A stretch of DNA of 64,000 bases from Octopus sinensis (lineage: Eukaryota), in NCBI RefSeq assembly GCF_006345805.1, contig NC_042997.1:134788001-134852000 (forward strand), in the 5' to 3' direction. Position 1 is the stretch's first letter; every line of letters starts with the position of its first letter. The position numbers and the translations under genes are program-made. This document shows positions 52,847 through 64,000 of the stretch, one piece after another. The notes under the pieces were generated by a model. It did no database searches. It was not told where the DNA came from and was given only the letters and a program-made list of their open reading frames with translations.

Positions 52847-52937
52847 TTTTAGCTGATGAGTACGGGACACGTTTATATGCTGTAATTTTTACAACTTTTA
52901 ATAAAGCCTGTCCTTGTATGAAACGATTGTACTAAAA
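52847..52937 (+). ncRNA. Type I hammerhead ribozyme motif
   Basis: ttttag-CTGATGA-gtacgggaca...tgtccttgtat-GAAAC-gatt-GTA-ctaaaa: 6-bp stem I, long stem II, intact core, GUA triplet. Confidence 0.8.
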
Positions 52938-52991
52938 ACCTATCCATTTTTGTTGCTTCTTTCTCGCTTATATATATATATATATATATAT

Positions 52992-53030
<39 letters not shown>

Positions 53031-53233
53031 CGCACATATATATTTCGTTTTAGGATTTGGTTTGCAAGATTCTTTATATGAGTTCGTGTGTTGAAGAGTC
53101 AAAACTATTGAAAAGGTTGCAAGACGCAACAAAAATTTTAGGACAGTAAAAAGATGAAAAACGTGGAAATTTTACCTGTGAGTGTGTTACGTAATAAGAC
53201 GCAAAAAGAAAATGAGTCTCGCCGGAAACAATA

Positions 53234-53326
<93 letters not shown>

Positions 53327-54262
53327 CATACTATATACTATCTATATGTACACAAATATATGATACCAAAAACCATCAGTCATGCACTTCCTCACAATTA
53401 GGCACTTAACTGTTTTGAAAATTCTGGCTACGTTTTTGAAATGTTATTCAGATGGAATGAAATGTTTTTAATTATTACAATTATGTTACCTAGTTATGTT
53501 TTATATATATACGATAAAATGGCACCAAAGTAGGAAACCATGTGCATTTGATGTGTGTACAGGTGTCTGTATTTTCATGCATGGTTGCTTCTTCTAATGA
53601 GGATAAACAATGAAGACCGGTGTATCTAATGCTAGGAACATGTAACGTATATGTAAAGATATTCCAATACCATTTATCGGTTTCAAATTTTTACATATAA
53701 AGAAGATTGATATAGTTTAGGTAAAAATATTGCATATATTCAGAATGAGTTAAATAAGATAGTAAATAAGATAAGAGTTCCCCTCAGTGTTTACAAAATA
53801 AAGAAAGACAAAATAATTTCAAAGAGATATTTCTCGAAAGTGGTTTTTGCCAATGTATGTATTTATTTTCAAATATATACTTATATACACGTAAGTATGT
53901 GAATATTTATATGCACATATATATATTTATATTTGTATATATGTGTGTGTGTGTATGCGTGTGCATGTGTGTGTGCGTGCTTGTGTGCATGTGTGTGAGT
54001 TTGTGGTATGTGTTTGTGAGTATATATACACACAAAGTGAGAGAGAATGAGTTAGCGAGAAAGAAATGAATAGCGTGGGAGAACGCATTTAAATATGTAC
54101 ACTTGTATGATTTTGTGTGTGTGTGTGTATGTTTCTTATGTGTTTTTTATAACAACCACACAGTGGTTTACTTAACCTTCCATAACATTGTGAAAAACTT
54201 TTGTGCTACACACATTTGAATGTTCAATGATGTTGGCCGATATTACGACTCTCGTTGTCATT

Positions 54263-54769
54263 TCATCCGGATGATACATCGCTTCTCCGTGCGCACACAC
54301 AGGCTGTGGCTACATCGATGACACTTGGTTTATAAACGTACAGTCCATCAACACATTCAGCTGTACGTTTCAGGACAGTCATTGGAGTATAAACCATCAC
54401 ACAATGGTGGTTACTGTCAGAGTCCACACACTCCGTACAGCGACACACGACATTAGTGCGTGATGAAGGATAATATGTGGAATTGTGGGTAATTGTCAGG
54501 TACCATGGGCAGGTTGAACGCTCGCGTATGATATCAGTAAACACAGAAGATGTAGAGCAAGTTTTATCCCCTACGGTCAGTGCTTGTTGGTCACTTCCGG
54601 CTGGAGCTTTTTCAGCTGGTAGGAAAAAGTTATTGCCGATCGCTGCGTTGTATAGTTTCTGGTACTGAATTTTCAAGTCGCTTGGTATATTACATTGAGT
54701 CGGAATTGAGGCCGAGGATATGAACAATACGACGTTGGTGAGAAGGAAGATCACAGCTCGTAGGAGAAC
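54263..54769 (-). CDS. IL17: Interleukin-17-like cytokine, paralog B, exon 2
   Basis: Open frame, same acceptor and cysteine pattern; 7 aa differences from paralog A. Confidence 0.92.
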   Translation of the reverse strand, partial: VLLRAVIFLLTNVVLFISSASIPTQCNIPSDLKIQYQKLYNAAIGNNFFLPAEKAPAGSDQQALTVGDKTCSTSSVFTDIIRERSTCPWYLTITHNSTYYPSSRTNVVCRCTECVDSDSNHHCVMVYTPMTVLKRTAECVDGLYVYKPSVIDVATACVCARRSDVSSG

Positions 54770-55789
54770 CTGTGCGATATAAAATGTTTATGAGAAAATG
54801 AGTAGTTACATTTCAATATGAGTCACAGCTAAATCAATGAACGAAATCAAGAATAATATATTACATCTATAGTACATATCAACTCACCCTCTCTGTCTGT
54901 CTGTCTGTCTCTCTCTCTCACAAACACACACACACAAAACATATAGACACTGCACACACATACACACAAGCGCGCGTGCACACACATATACACATATACA
55001 TGTATGTATTCACACCAGTTTATTAAAGATTAGAGGGCATTCGTTGTAATGTGTGGGTCGAAATAAAAATTTGCATGTATGTAAGAAAATATTAAGGAAT
55101 GAAATACTTCCGACAAGACTTGTATCAGCTGTTGGTATTCATATTTAAAGCAGGAAAATTACAAATGAAATGTATAATAAGAACAGTAGGAAATGGGCTA
55201 GTCTGATACTCATATGAATTCCTAAGTAAGCAAGGAAATGTCACAAACCGTGCATGTTTATGTGCAAGAGGTATATTCAATTTGATATACAGTAAATAGC
55301 AACTGAAAAATTGTGGAAAACATTTGCAACAAACTATTAGGACAACGTGTTATTTTCTCAAACGATGTAAATGTACTGCATATCAACTACGGCGGCATTT
55401 GAATTTGTGAAATATCAGATGTTTAAAGGAACAGCAAGGATGACGAAAAATTCTCAAGAAATTTATCGTTTTTACTCGAATAATTAGGTGTTAACGTCTA
55501 CCTCGCCAAATTCGCCATAATGTCGTCAGTGTCTTTGATTGTTTCGTTGACGATGTAAAGCAGAAATGTCTGTCATTTTATAATCACTGCATTTTTAGGG
55601 AAGATGAGGTTACTTTGAAATTATATCTTTCAGTCAATGAGTAAATCAAACAATGCACGAAACTAAATCATCACGTGAGGATGTAGACTCAGAAAATTAA
55701 AGAAAAGAAAGAGTAATAATCGGTCAAGTTTTAGCCACTTATGAAATATGTGTATTTTTCTTTTAAGGTAATTTTTACAATGGATTATA

Positions 55790-56300
55790 ATTACTCTTCT
55801 ACTCTTTTACTTGATTCAGTCATTTGATTGAGGCCATGCTGGAGCACAGCCTTTAGTCGAGCAAATCGACCCCAGGACTTATTCTTTGTAATTCTAGTAC
55901 TTATTCTATCGGTCTCTTTTGCCGAAACCTAAATACGGGGACGTAAACACACCAGCATCTGTTGTCAAGCGATGTTGGGAACCCTGGAAACACAAACATA
56001 TACACACACATACATATATGTATACGTATATACGACTGGCTTCTTTCAGTTTCCTTCTACCAAATCCACTCACATGGCTTTGGTCGGCCCGAGGCTATAG
56101 AAGACACTTGCCCAATGTGCCACGCAGTGGGACTGAACCCGGAACCATGTGGTTCGTAAGCAAGCTACTTACCAAACAACCACTCCAACGCCAACTTACC
56201 ATACAGCCACTCCTGCGCCTGCTTACCACACAGCCATTCCTGCGCCTACTTACCACACAGCCATTTCCTACGATTGCTTACAACACAGCCACTCCTACGC
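55790..56300 (-). mobile_element. Composite SINE with head minisatellite (paralog of 32085-32590)
   Basis: Colinear with copy A. Confidence 0.75.
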
Positions 56301-57600
56301 CTTTAAATGCGGTGAGCTGGCAGAACCGCTTGCACGCCTGAGAAAAATGCTTGGCGGCACTTAATCCGTCTTTAGTTTGGGGTTCAAATTTTGTTATATT
56401 GTTATTCTCTTACAAAACAATAATCTCAAGTAAATTAGATCAATGAGATCATAAACTCTACAGTAGCAAACTAGTTCTGATTGCGTAAGAAATTGGAAGT
56501 GATCATCCAAATATTTTAAAACTTGAAACATGTTATAATCTTATAAAACAATTGTCTCAAGTAAACTAGGAGATCAAAGATATAGTCTTTAGAGTAGCAA
56601 AATTAGTTCTGATTGCGTTAGACTACACTAACTATGGAATGGATTCGAAAGCATTATCGATAGCGTTAATATGATCAAAAAATATAATATAGTTTCATAA
56701 ATCTCTGCATTGACATAGAACTATGAATTTATATAACATCAATATCCGCAGTTCTCGATAATTTGTATTTGACAATCCATAAATGGGTAATAAAATATAG
56801 GAGAGAATACAACTTTAAATCTCAAAATATTCCATTTTCCATAAGTTATGTATAAAGTAACCATTAACTATTTTTCGCTTTCTTAACTCATTATCTAATA
56901 TCTAGTCTGGTGTAATTTATTCTTTTAAACACAGGTAATACTCATCTTTTATTATTTTATTAAATCTATGTAGTAGCTTAACTTCAAATATCGATACTCA
57001 AAAAAAAATTAAACCCAGGTAAGGTCAGTCTAGCAACCTACTATTTAGAAATACTGCCTCGCTCTTATTCTTTCTCATACACACCTCTTCAATTTTTCCG
57101 GATTACTAATCTCCGTCAGGCACTGAACCAATTTCAACCTTTAAATCTATTGCCTTCATACAAACTAACAAAGCTTACCATTCACAAGCAACCTAAACGA
57201 CGCTTCTCTCTTCCACCTGTATGACGATAACCCTCTAATAGTCTAATTGTATAACCCTAAAGTTGAAATTTATTTCTCCTCCGACTATTCTCTATCTAAA
57301 TACATCACAGCTCCTACTAATACACTTAGTTCTCCACAATATCATTTTATGTTGAATTTCCATTCTCTCAATACATTAGATCTAACAATACACCCCTCAA
57401 GACGTGCCATCAGTTTACAATCATTATTTTGGACCACGCAATCCCTAGAAACAGATGTTGGACTCGTAAAACTCTTGTTCACCTGGTTTAATTGATATCA
57501 TTTTTATTCTGTGTAAGTCGGACTTTTTATAAGTAAACTTTAAACGTTATATTCATGGTTTATATTAAATGAATTTACTATCTTTTTTATATCGACATGC

Positions 57601-57641
<41 letters not shown>

Positions 57642-58597
57642 TATACATACATACATATACATTTCTGGAAGGAAATGTTTAGTTTAGTTGATTGTGCATA
57701 GTAACTTAACTTTCTTTGAGACGGTCTGTGAGTTCAAATCCGGCCAGAAGCACCTTTTGCTATGAAAATGTTTTGAAGAATGATTGCATAGCTTGTTAAA
57801 GCTTTATGAACAGACTTTATGTTGCTTACTAACAAATAGTTTTTAAGGCACATGTCTCTGTGGTTAGAACATCAGGCCCACAATTATGAGATCGTAAGGT
57901 CGATTTCCGGGTCGGGCTGTGTGTTGTATTCTTTGAGCAAAACACTTTATTTCACGTTGCTCTCGTCCCTTCAGCTGTAGAAATGAGGTGCGATGTCACT
58001 GATGCCAAGCGGTGTCTGCATTTGCCTTCCACTTGTAAACCATCGATGGCGTGGAGAAGGGAGGCTGGTATGAATTGGACGAATTTGTCTTGGTGAGGAA
58101 AGCTATTGGATCACTCCCATGGACATTCAGGACGAAGGGTTTCTTTACTTTAACCAATAGATAACTAAATTGATCGATAAATGATTACACAGATTATGTG
58201 CTTTATATCCTTCTGGTTTAAGGTTTTTTAAAGAATCTGCACAAATTCTACTTTAACACCTGCCAAATTTGCGCTCACACTCACTCAACTGCAATTTTAG
58301 ATAGATTCAAATTTGTAACAAAAAATTACATGTATATAATAAATGCAAAAAAAATATACGACGCCTCTTATAAATATATATATGTGTGTGTTTGTGTGTG
58401 TATGAAAGCAAAGAATTACATCAATACTCCAAGGCCATAAAAATACGTATCATATGTCTAATACCAATCTGAGTAAGGAACATAAGCATAATCAGTCACT
58501 CGTTGAAAAAAAAGGTAGAATGATACGAGAGTAAGCATAGAAATAAGTCTAAAGATATGAATATAACAGTTGATAGTAACAATGTATGTTTACTTAC

Positions 58598-58612
58598 GTT
58601 GGTAGTATTCAT
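58598..58612 (-). CDS. IL17: IL-17-like paralog B, 15-nt first coding exon (MNTTN)
   Basis: ATG AAT ACT ACC AAC|GTAAGT, identical to paralog A. Confidence 0.75.
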
Positions 58613-59021
58613 TATAATGGTTGCTTACTTGGTATAGAAAGGATGACAATAGTATAATATATGTATATATTTTCAAGCAAATCTTAAGCGTGTTAAGTTT
58701 TCAAAATAATATTCGCTTGTGATGATAGCAGCTACTCTGAGATTACTTATATATGTCATAAAGCTTAATCAAAACAAAAGAAATTATAAATATAATCAGG
58801 CGGAACTAACAAAATTACGTAAAACATTTCTTCCCACACTTAGAAAACGTCTGAGGGAACCAGGACATAGTTTATTATTTGTTTCCTCTTTTACCTGTAA
58901 ATCGGGTGTGATACGGTGTGAATTGTCTTATTAGATGGGAACTTATTAAAATATTGCGTTGTGTAGTTTGCCGCTCTATTTTTAATATGATGTATCATCT
59001 CACTTGCATATTTTATCTGTT

Positions 59022-59075
<54 letters not shown>

Positions 59076-59131
59076 CATATATATATGTATGTATATATAT
59101 ATATGTATATATATATATATCTATATCTATA

Positions 59132-59194
<63 letters not shown>

Positions 59195-59744
59195 TGATGC
59201 AGTACCAGGCAGTAGCTCTCATGGCTTCTGATCTTAACTGATTGGAAGTGTTATCATGTACATTGTTTTGTCTTGGTATAAAAGATGGGCTACAGCAAAT
59301 ATTCTGCTCAATACCACAGATTTGCTTGTCAGTTGTTTGACCTTAACCAGTTGAGCATGTCCCTTAGTGGCTGAAGATATGTGCATCTCTGATCACGAGC
59401 AGAAGTAGTGGGGGAGCATCATAGCCATGTGTTGAGAGGGATTCTTTGGGCTTTGAATAGTTCACCTCTGGAAACATGGGTGGTTCTTTCAACATCCTTA
59501 AACAACCCTTATTCAGGGACCGTTTGAGCGGGATGGGCTACTCAACCTGAAGAAAATTCTAACTGGGCCCCACCTGCAAGGTCATGTGCTGTTTATCTTG
59601 ATATGAGATCACCATGTCGCGCACATATGGTTGTGATGCATGTGCCTGGTGTACCTTTATCAGACGGGTAGTCATGATGGGTATATTGGGCTTCGTATAT
59701 TTTACCCCAGTGTCACTTTGATGGCATGAACTGCTCTCTCACTC
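59195..59744 (+). mobile_element. ~550-bp insertion into (AAT)n, probably the 3' end of a microsatellite-targeting (Dong/R4-like) non-LTR element
   Basis: (AAT)n on both sides; absent from the uninterrupted (AAT)n at ~35520-35590 of copy A; no coding motif seen. Confidence 0.6.
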
Positions 59745-59764
59745 AATAATAATAATAATAATAA

Positions 59765-60255
59765 TAAAAATATTAGGGAGTAAATCCAAACTTAGAGGGA
59801 AAAAATTAGATTTAGGATTAAGTCCAATTTTACAGTATAAATATATATATGTAATATTTTTTCTAATGATAATTTATTCAATTATAGAACGATGTATTTG
59901 ATCTATCGATAAATTAATTTACCAATTTAATTAGGTTAATTTATTATTGATTAGTATTTATTTTGAGTATTAATAATATGATATATATTATAAAATATAT
60001 ATTTATCTTATACCAGAGTTAAGTTCATATTTTGTTATATTTTTGTTATAAATTTGTTAAATTAATCTATATGTATGTATTTTCTTTATATTTGAAGTAG
60101 ATTTATTTAGATATTTATTTAATCAATTTTATTTAATATAGACGTATAGATTAGTAAGAAAGAATAATTGGATAAAACGAAATGTTTACTTGAATGATTG
60201 TATGGAAGTATGAATATAGGCATTTATATACGTATGTATTCATATGATATATGTG

Positions 60256-60328
<73 letters not shown>

Positions 60329-62540
60329 GTATATATATATGTATATATGTGTGTGTGTATGTATATATATATGTATATGTATGTATTGTGTATTGTATGT
60401 ATATATATATGTGTGTATACACATGCACAATAATACCTCATCTTATGAGAAGCGCTTTACGAGACACTGGATTATGTTCACGAGGTTTAGCTTAAAAATA
60501 AAAGCGTACTCTGGGAAAGAATTTACTCGTACGTAGAGGCGTTACTATAATTTTTTTATATATGTTTATTAATCTTATAAGATGTTTAGAGTATACATAG
60601 TAATTAGTAGTTATAAATTATTTAATTTATTGAGTATTAAGTATTATTTATCAAAGTTATTTTAATAATAAATCTTATAGTATAGAGTGGTTTTATTCTT
60701 TAATTGTAACTTCATTCTATTTACATTTATTGATAAACCATAACTTTTTCCATTGACAATTTTAATTCACAATTTTCATTGATAAAGCGTATTTGTAGTT
60801 CTTCACTGTTAAAGAATTCTTCAACAATTTATTCTATTTTTGTTAATAACGTAATTCCACGAGTATTTTATAAACGCTGAAAAGACGTTTTCCGATTTAC
60901 AGTTTTAGTTCATCACAAAACCTTGCACAGCTAAGTATATATTTCTATTTAAGATTTAAAAATTTGAAAATTTTAATATTTTAATAAGTCTTATTGTATA
61001 ATTTTGTATTCTATATAAATACTGATTGTTATGTAATGATTTAGTTATCGAAGTAATGTATATGATTATTAGATTTTAACTCTACGTTTATTTGTAAGAC
61101 TTTACTTAGCCAAGGAGATATATAGATCGTTAATAGTAATACGAGTTTTTTTTAAAGTTAGGTTTCATGTCTATACTTTTATTGATAGCATAAATTTTAG
61201 TCTTTAATAACTATATTTGTTGATAGTTATTTAGTTATTATTTTAAATATTTTATAATTGTTAAATGTGTACTTAAATCTAATATATGAATACTGATTTT
61301 TTAGTTAATTATTTTGGTAATTAAAATTTTGGACTATAACTGAGATCAGGATATTTGTGAGTTTATGTATTTTTAAGCTATTTTGTATATTCATAAATAT
61401 CTCTAATAGTTGACTTCGTCCTATTATAACTTATATATTGCTATTTCCAATTGATAATTTGTAGTAGTATTTTTCATTGATAAATATATTCGTAGTATTT
61501 ATTGGATACTATATAACTATGGATTGATAATTTCATTGTATAAGTATTTAGTTGTTGAAGATATGTATTTCATTGTTTCTCTTTAGTTCTTAACTATACG
61601 ATTTTTGTAAGTTATTAATTAGCCAACGAGATATATTGATCGTTAATTAGTTATAGCGTTCTTTAAGATAGTTTATCTGTTTGTTTACAATTTGCTTTTT
61701 CATCTTTAATCTTTTAATTCTTAATATTTTTCATAAGTAATAATGAATAATTAATTTATTAGGTTTTTATTATACGTGCATATATATTTATTGATAGAGT
61801 TAATTTTAGATCTTAATTCTTATATTTATATACATTTATATATATATTCATTGATAATTTAGTTATTATTCAATTATTATATATTTATTTGATTTGAAAT
61901 TAAATTTAATATTATAAATAATGATTTTAAAAAAATAATTAGGTAATTAGATATTCACTATAACTGAGATTGAGATTATTTGTGAGCTTATTATGGTTTT
62001 TTATAGCCAAATTATATCTGAATAGATAGATACATTTTCTATCTATTCTTACCTTAAAAATTAATATTTAACATTATAATCGATTGTATGACTTAATAAT
62101 AATCGTTAAAGTTTCTAGTTTGATAATAGAGTTTTTTGTAAGAAAATTTATTATTTTATTTATTTCTTTAAAAAATATTGTTTAAATATATTTGATTATA
62201 TATTTAACTATTTTCATTAACCTGAAGATTGACTATAACCATAATTCGAATTATTAATTGAAGTTAAATTATTGTTATTCGAATTAGGTTATGGGCATGA
62301 AACGATCGTAGTGGTTTTACTTTTTAACTTATATTAAATTTTTTAATACTTTTTGATAGTTATACATATTTTTAAAAAGAAGAAGAATAAATAAATAAAT
62401 AAATAAATAATAAAAAATCAAAATAAAAATTTTTAAGTATATATATATAAAAATTTATAAATATAAATTAAAAATTTTAAATTTTCAAATTTAAATTTAA
62501 ATAATTTAAGTTTAGAATTTTATGTCTTATATATTTTGTA
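59765..62540. other. Duplicate of the extremely AT-rich tract
   Basis: Colinear with 35595-38340; degenerate HHR-like motif at ~62217-62314. Confidence 0.35.
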
Positions 62541-62622
62541 TATTATATTAATTAATTTTGTTTCTATGTTTTGGTTTATGTTTTTCACTGATTTGCCTAA
62601 TAGTGGTTTTATCTCTAATTTA

Positions 62623-62660
<38 letters not shown>

Positions 62661-63421
62661 TCACCTACCACTCTACTTGACTGTCTACCAATCTATCTTT
62701 GTCTCTACCATTCTGTCCTACTATCTATCTATCTGTCTATATATATGTATATATATATATAATATATAAACATATATATATATAATATATAAACATATAT
62801 ATATATGTTTATATACATATATATGTATATATACATGCATATATGGGTACAGGACTTTAAAAAACTGTACAAAATGAGAAACAAAAAAAGCAAATGAGAA
62901 TATAAAAAGCAAAAACATAGAAAATGAATTTTTTTGGAACAACGAAAGAAACAAGCAAACAGAAAGCGGTGAGCTGGCAGAAACGTTAGAAAGCCGGGCG
63001 AAATGCGTAGACGTATTTCGTCTGCCGTTAGGTTTTGAGTTCAAATTTCTCTGAGGTCGACTTTGCCTTTTATCCTTTCGGGGCGATAAATTATGTACCA
63101 GCTACGCACTGTGGTCGATCTAATTGACTTAATCCCTTTGTCCGCCCTTGTTTGTCCCCTCTATGTTTAGCCCCTTTTGGGCAATACAGAAATTAGAAAC
63201 AAACAAACAGAGAAACGAGACACGGAAATTCCCTTCATGAGTTGTCCCCTGTTTTATCTCCTTCGCTTTTCGAAGGTAGGGACAAGACGCGACTTATTTA
63301 AAACAGTCCTTCCCGCAAAGCAAATTAAATACAGTTTGGGATATTTTGCGGAGGGTGAAAGTGGTAACAAAAACAGAACAGTGAGAACAAAACAGTAAAA
63401 ACAAACGGTGAGGGCTGTTAA

Positions 63422-63526
<105 letters not shown>

Positions 63527-63936
63527 GGGCAGGTAGACACGAAATTAACAGAGGGCGATAACCGGCACCAGTATTGATAGAGATAAGCGTCAAAACAGCT
63601 CAATAGCCATGAGCTGACAAGAGAGGGAAAACTATTAATACCCAGTTTTATTAAAGGCACGAAATTAGTATATCTGATCGATAACAGAAGATGGATAAGT
63701 GTCCTTGTTTATGTCCTACGTATACGTTTTGTAGTAGTTAATGCATGATGAGCGCTAGCCACTAAAGGTTTTCTTATTATCTCTCTGTTTATTTTCTTGT
63801 GTTCCTTTCTGTTGAAGAGCATAGTTTCGAAACGTAAAAGATTTTCTCCCCTTCCCGAGCGTTTAACTAATACACCTGTTTCTCGATTACACACCTGTTT
63901 TCCTCTTCTGTATGTTTTTCGTGTATTCCAACTATA

Positions 63937-63973
<37 letters not shown>

Positions 63974-64000
63974 TAACAATTGAGGATAAAATCTTTAAAA

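Larger units (their letters stand above)
51768..52972. mobile_element. 1.2-kb near-perfect palindromic insertion carrying two HHRs, specific to copy B
   Basis: Arms 51768-52347 / 52392-52972, 44-nt spacer; the whole insertion (~51660-52972) is flanked by (TA)n and absent at ~29300. Confidence 0.9.

Overview
AT-rich, microsatellite-dense animal genomic DNA, most likely an octopus (inferred from the SINE/LINE families and tandem IL-17 genes). Host genes: two near-identical two-exon IL-17-like cytokine genes on the minus strand (each with a 15-nt first coding exon) carried on a ~22-24 kb tandem segmental duplication (26.1 kb onward vs 48.5 kb onward, second copy running off the window), plus one signal-peptide exon of a probable M6PR/ATG27-like gene at 2.8-3.0 kb. 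The rest is a transposon graveyard: a Tx1/L1-clade cluster with three ORF1 remnants, RTE, CR1/L2, CRE-like and R4/Dong-like LINE fragments, a Helitron deletion derivative, Chapaev3-like, mariner and hAT pieces, and several tRNA-derived SINE families. The most notable unannotated signal is a set of type I hammerhead ribozyme (HHR) motifs: six loci with an intact CUGANGA/GAAA core plus several degenerate ones, all with near-palindromic helix III. They sit in Penelope-type fold-back insertions flanked by (TA)n tracts, and one degenerate copy lies directly 3' of a GIY-YIG endonuclease remnant. All calls come from reading the sequence by eye; no searches, alignments or folding programs were run.
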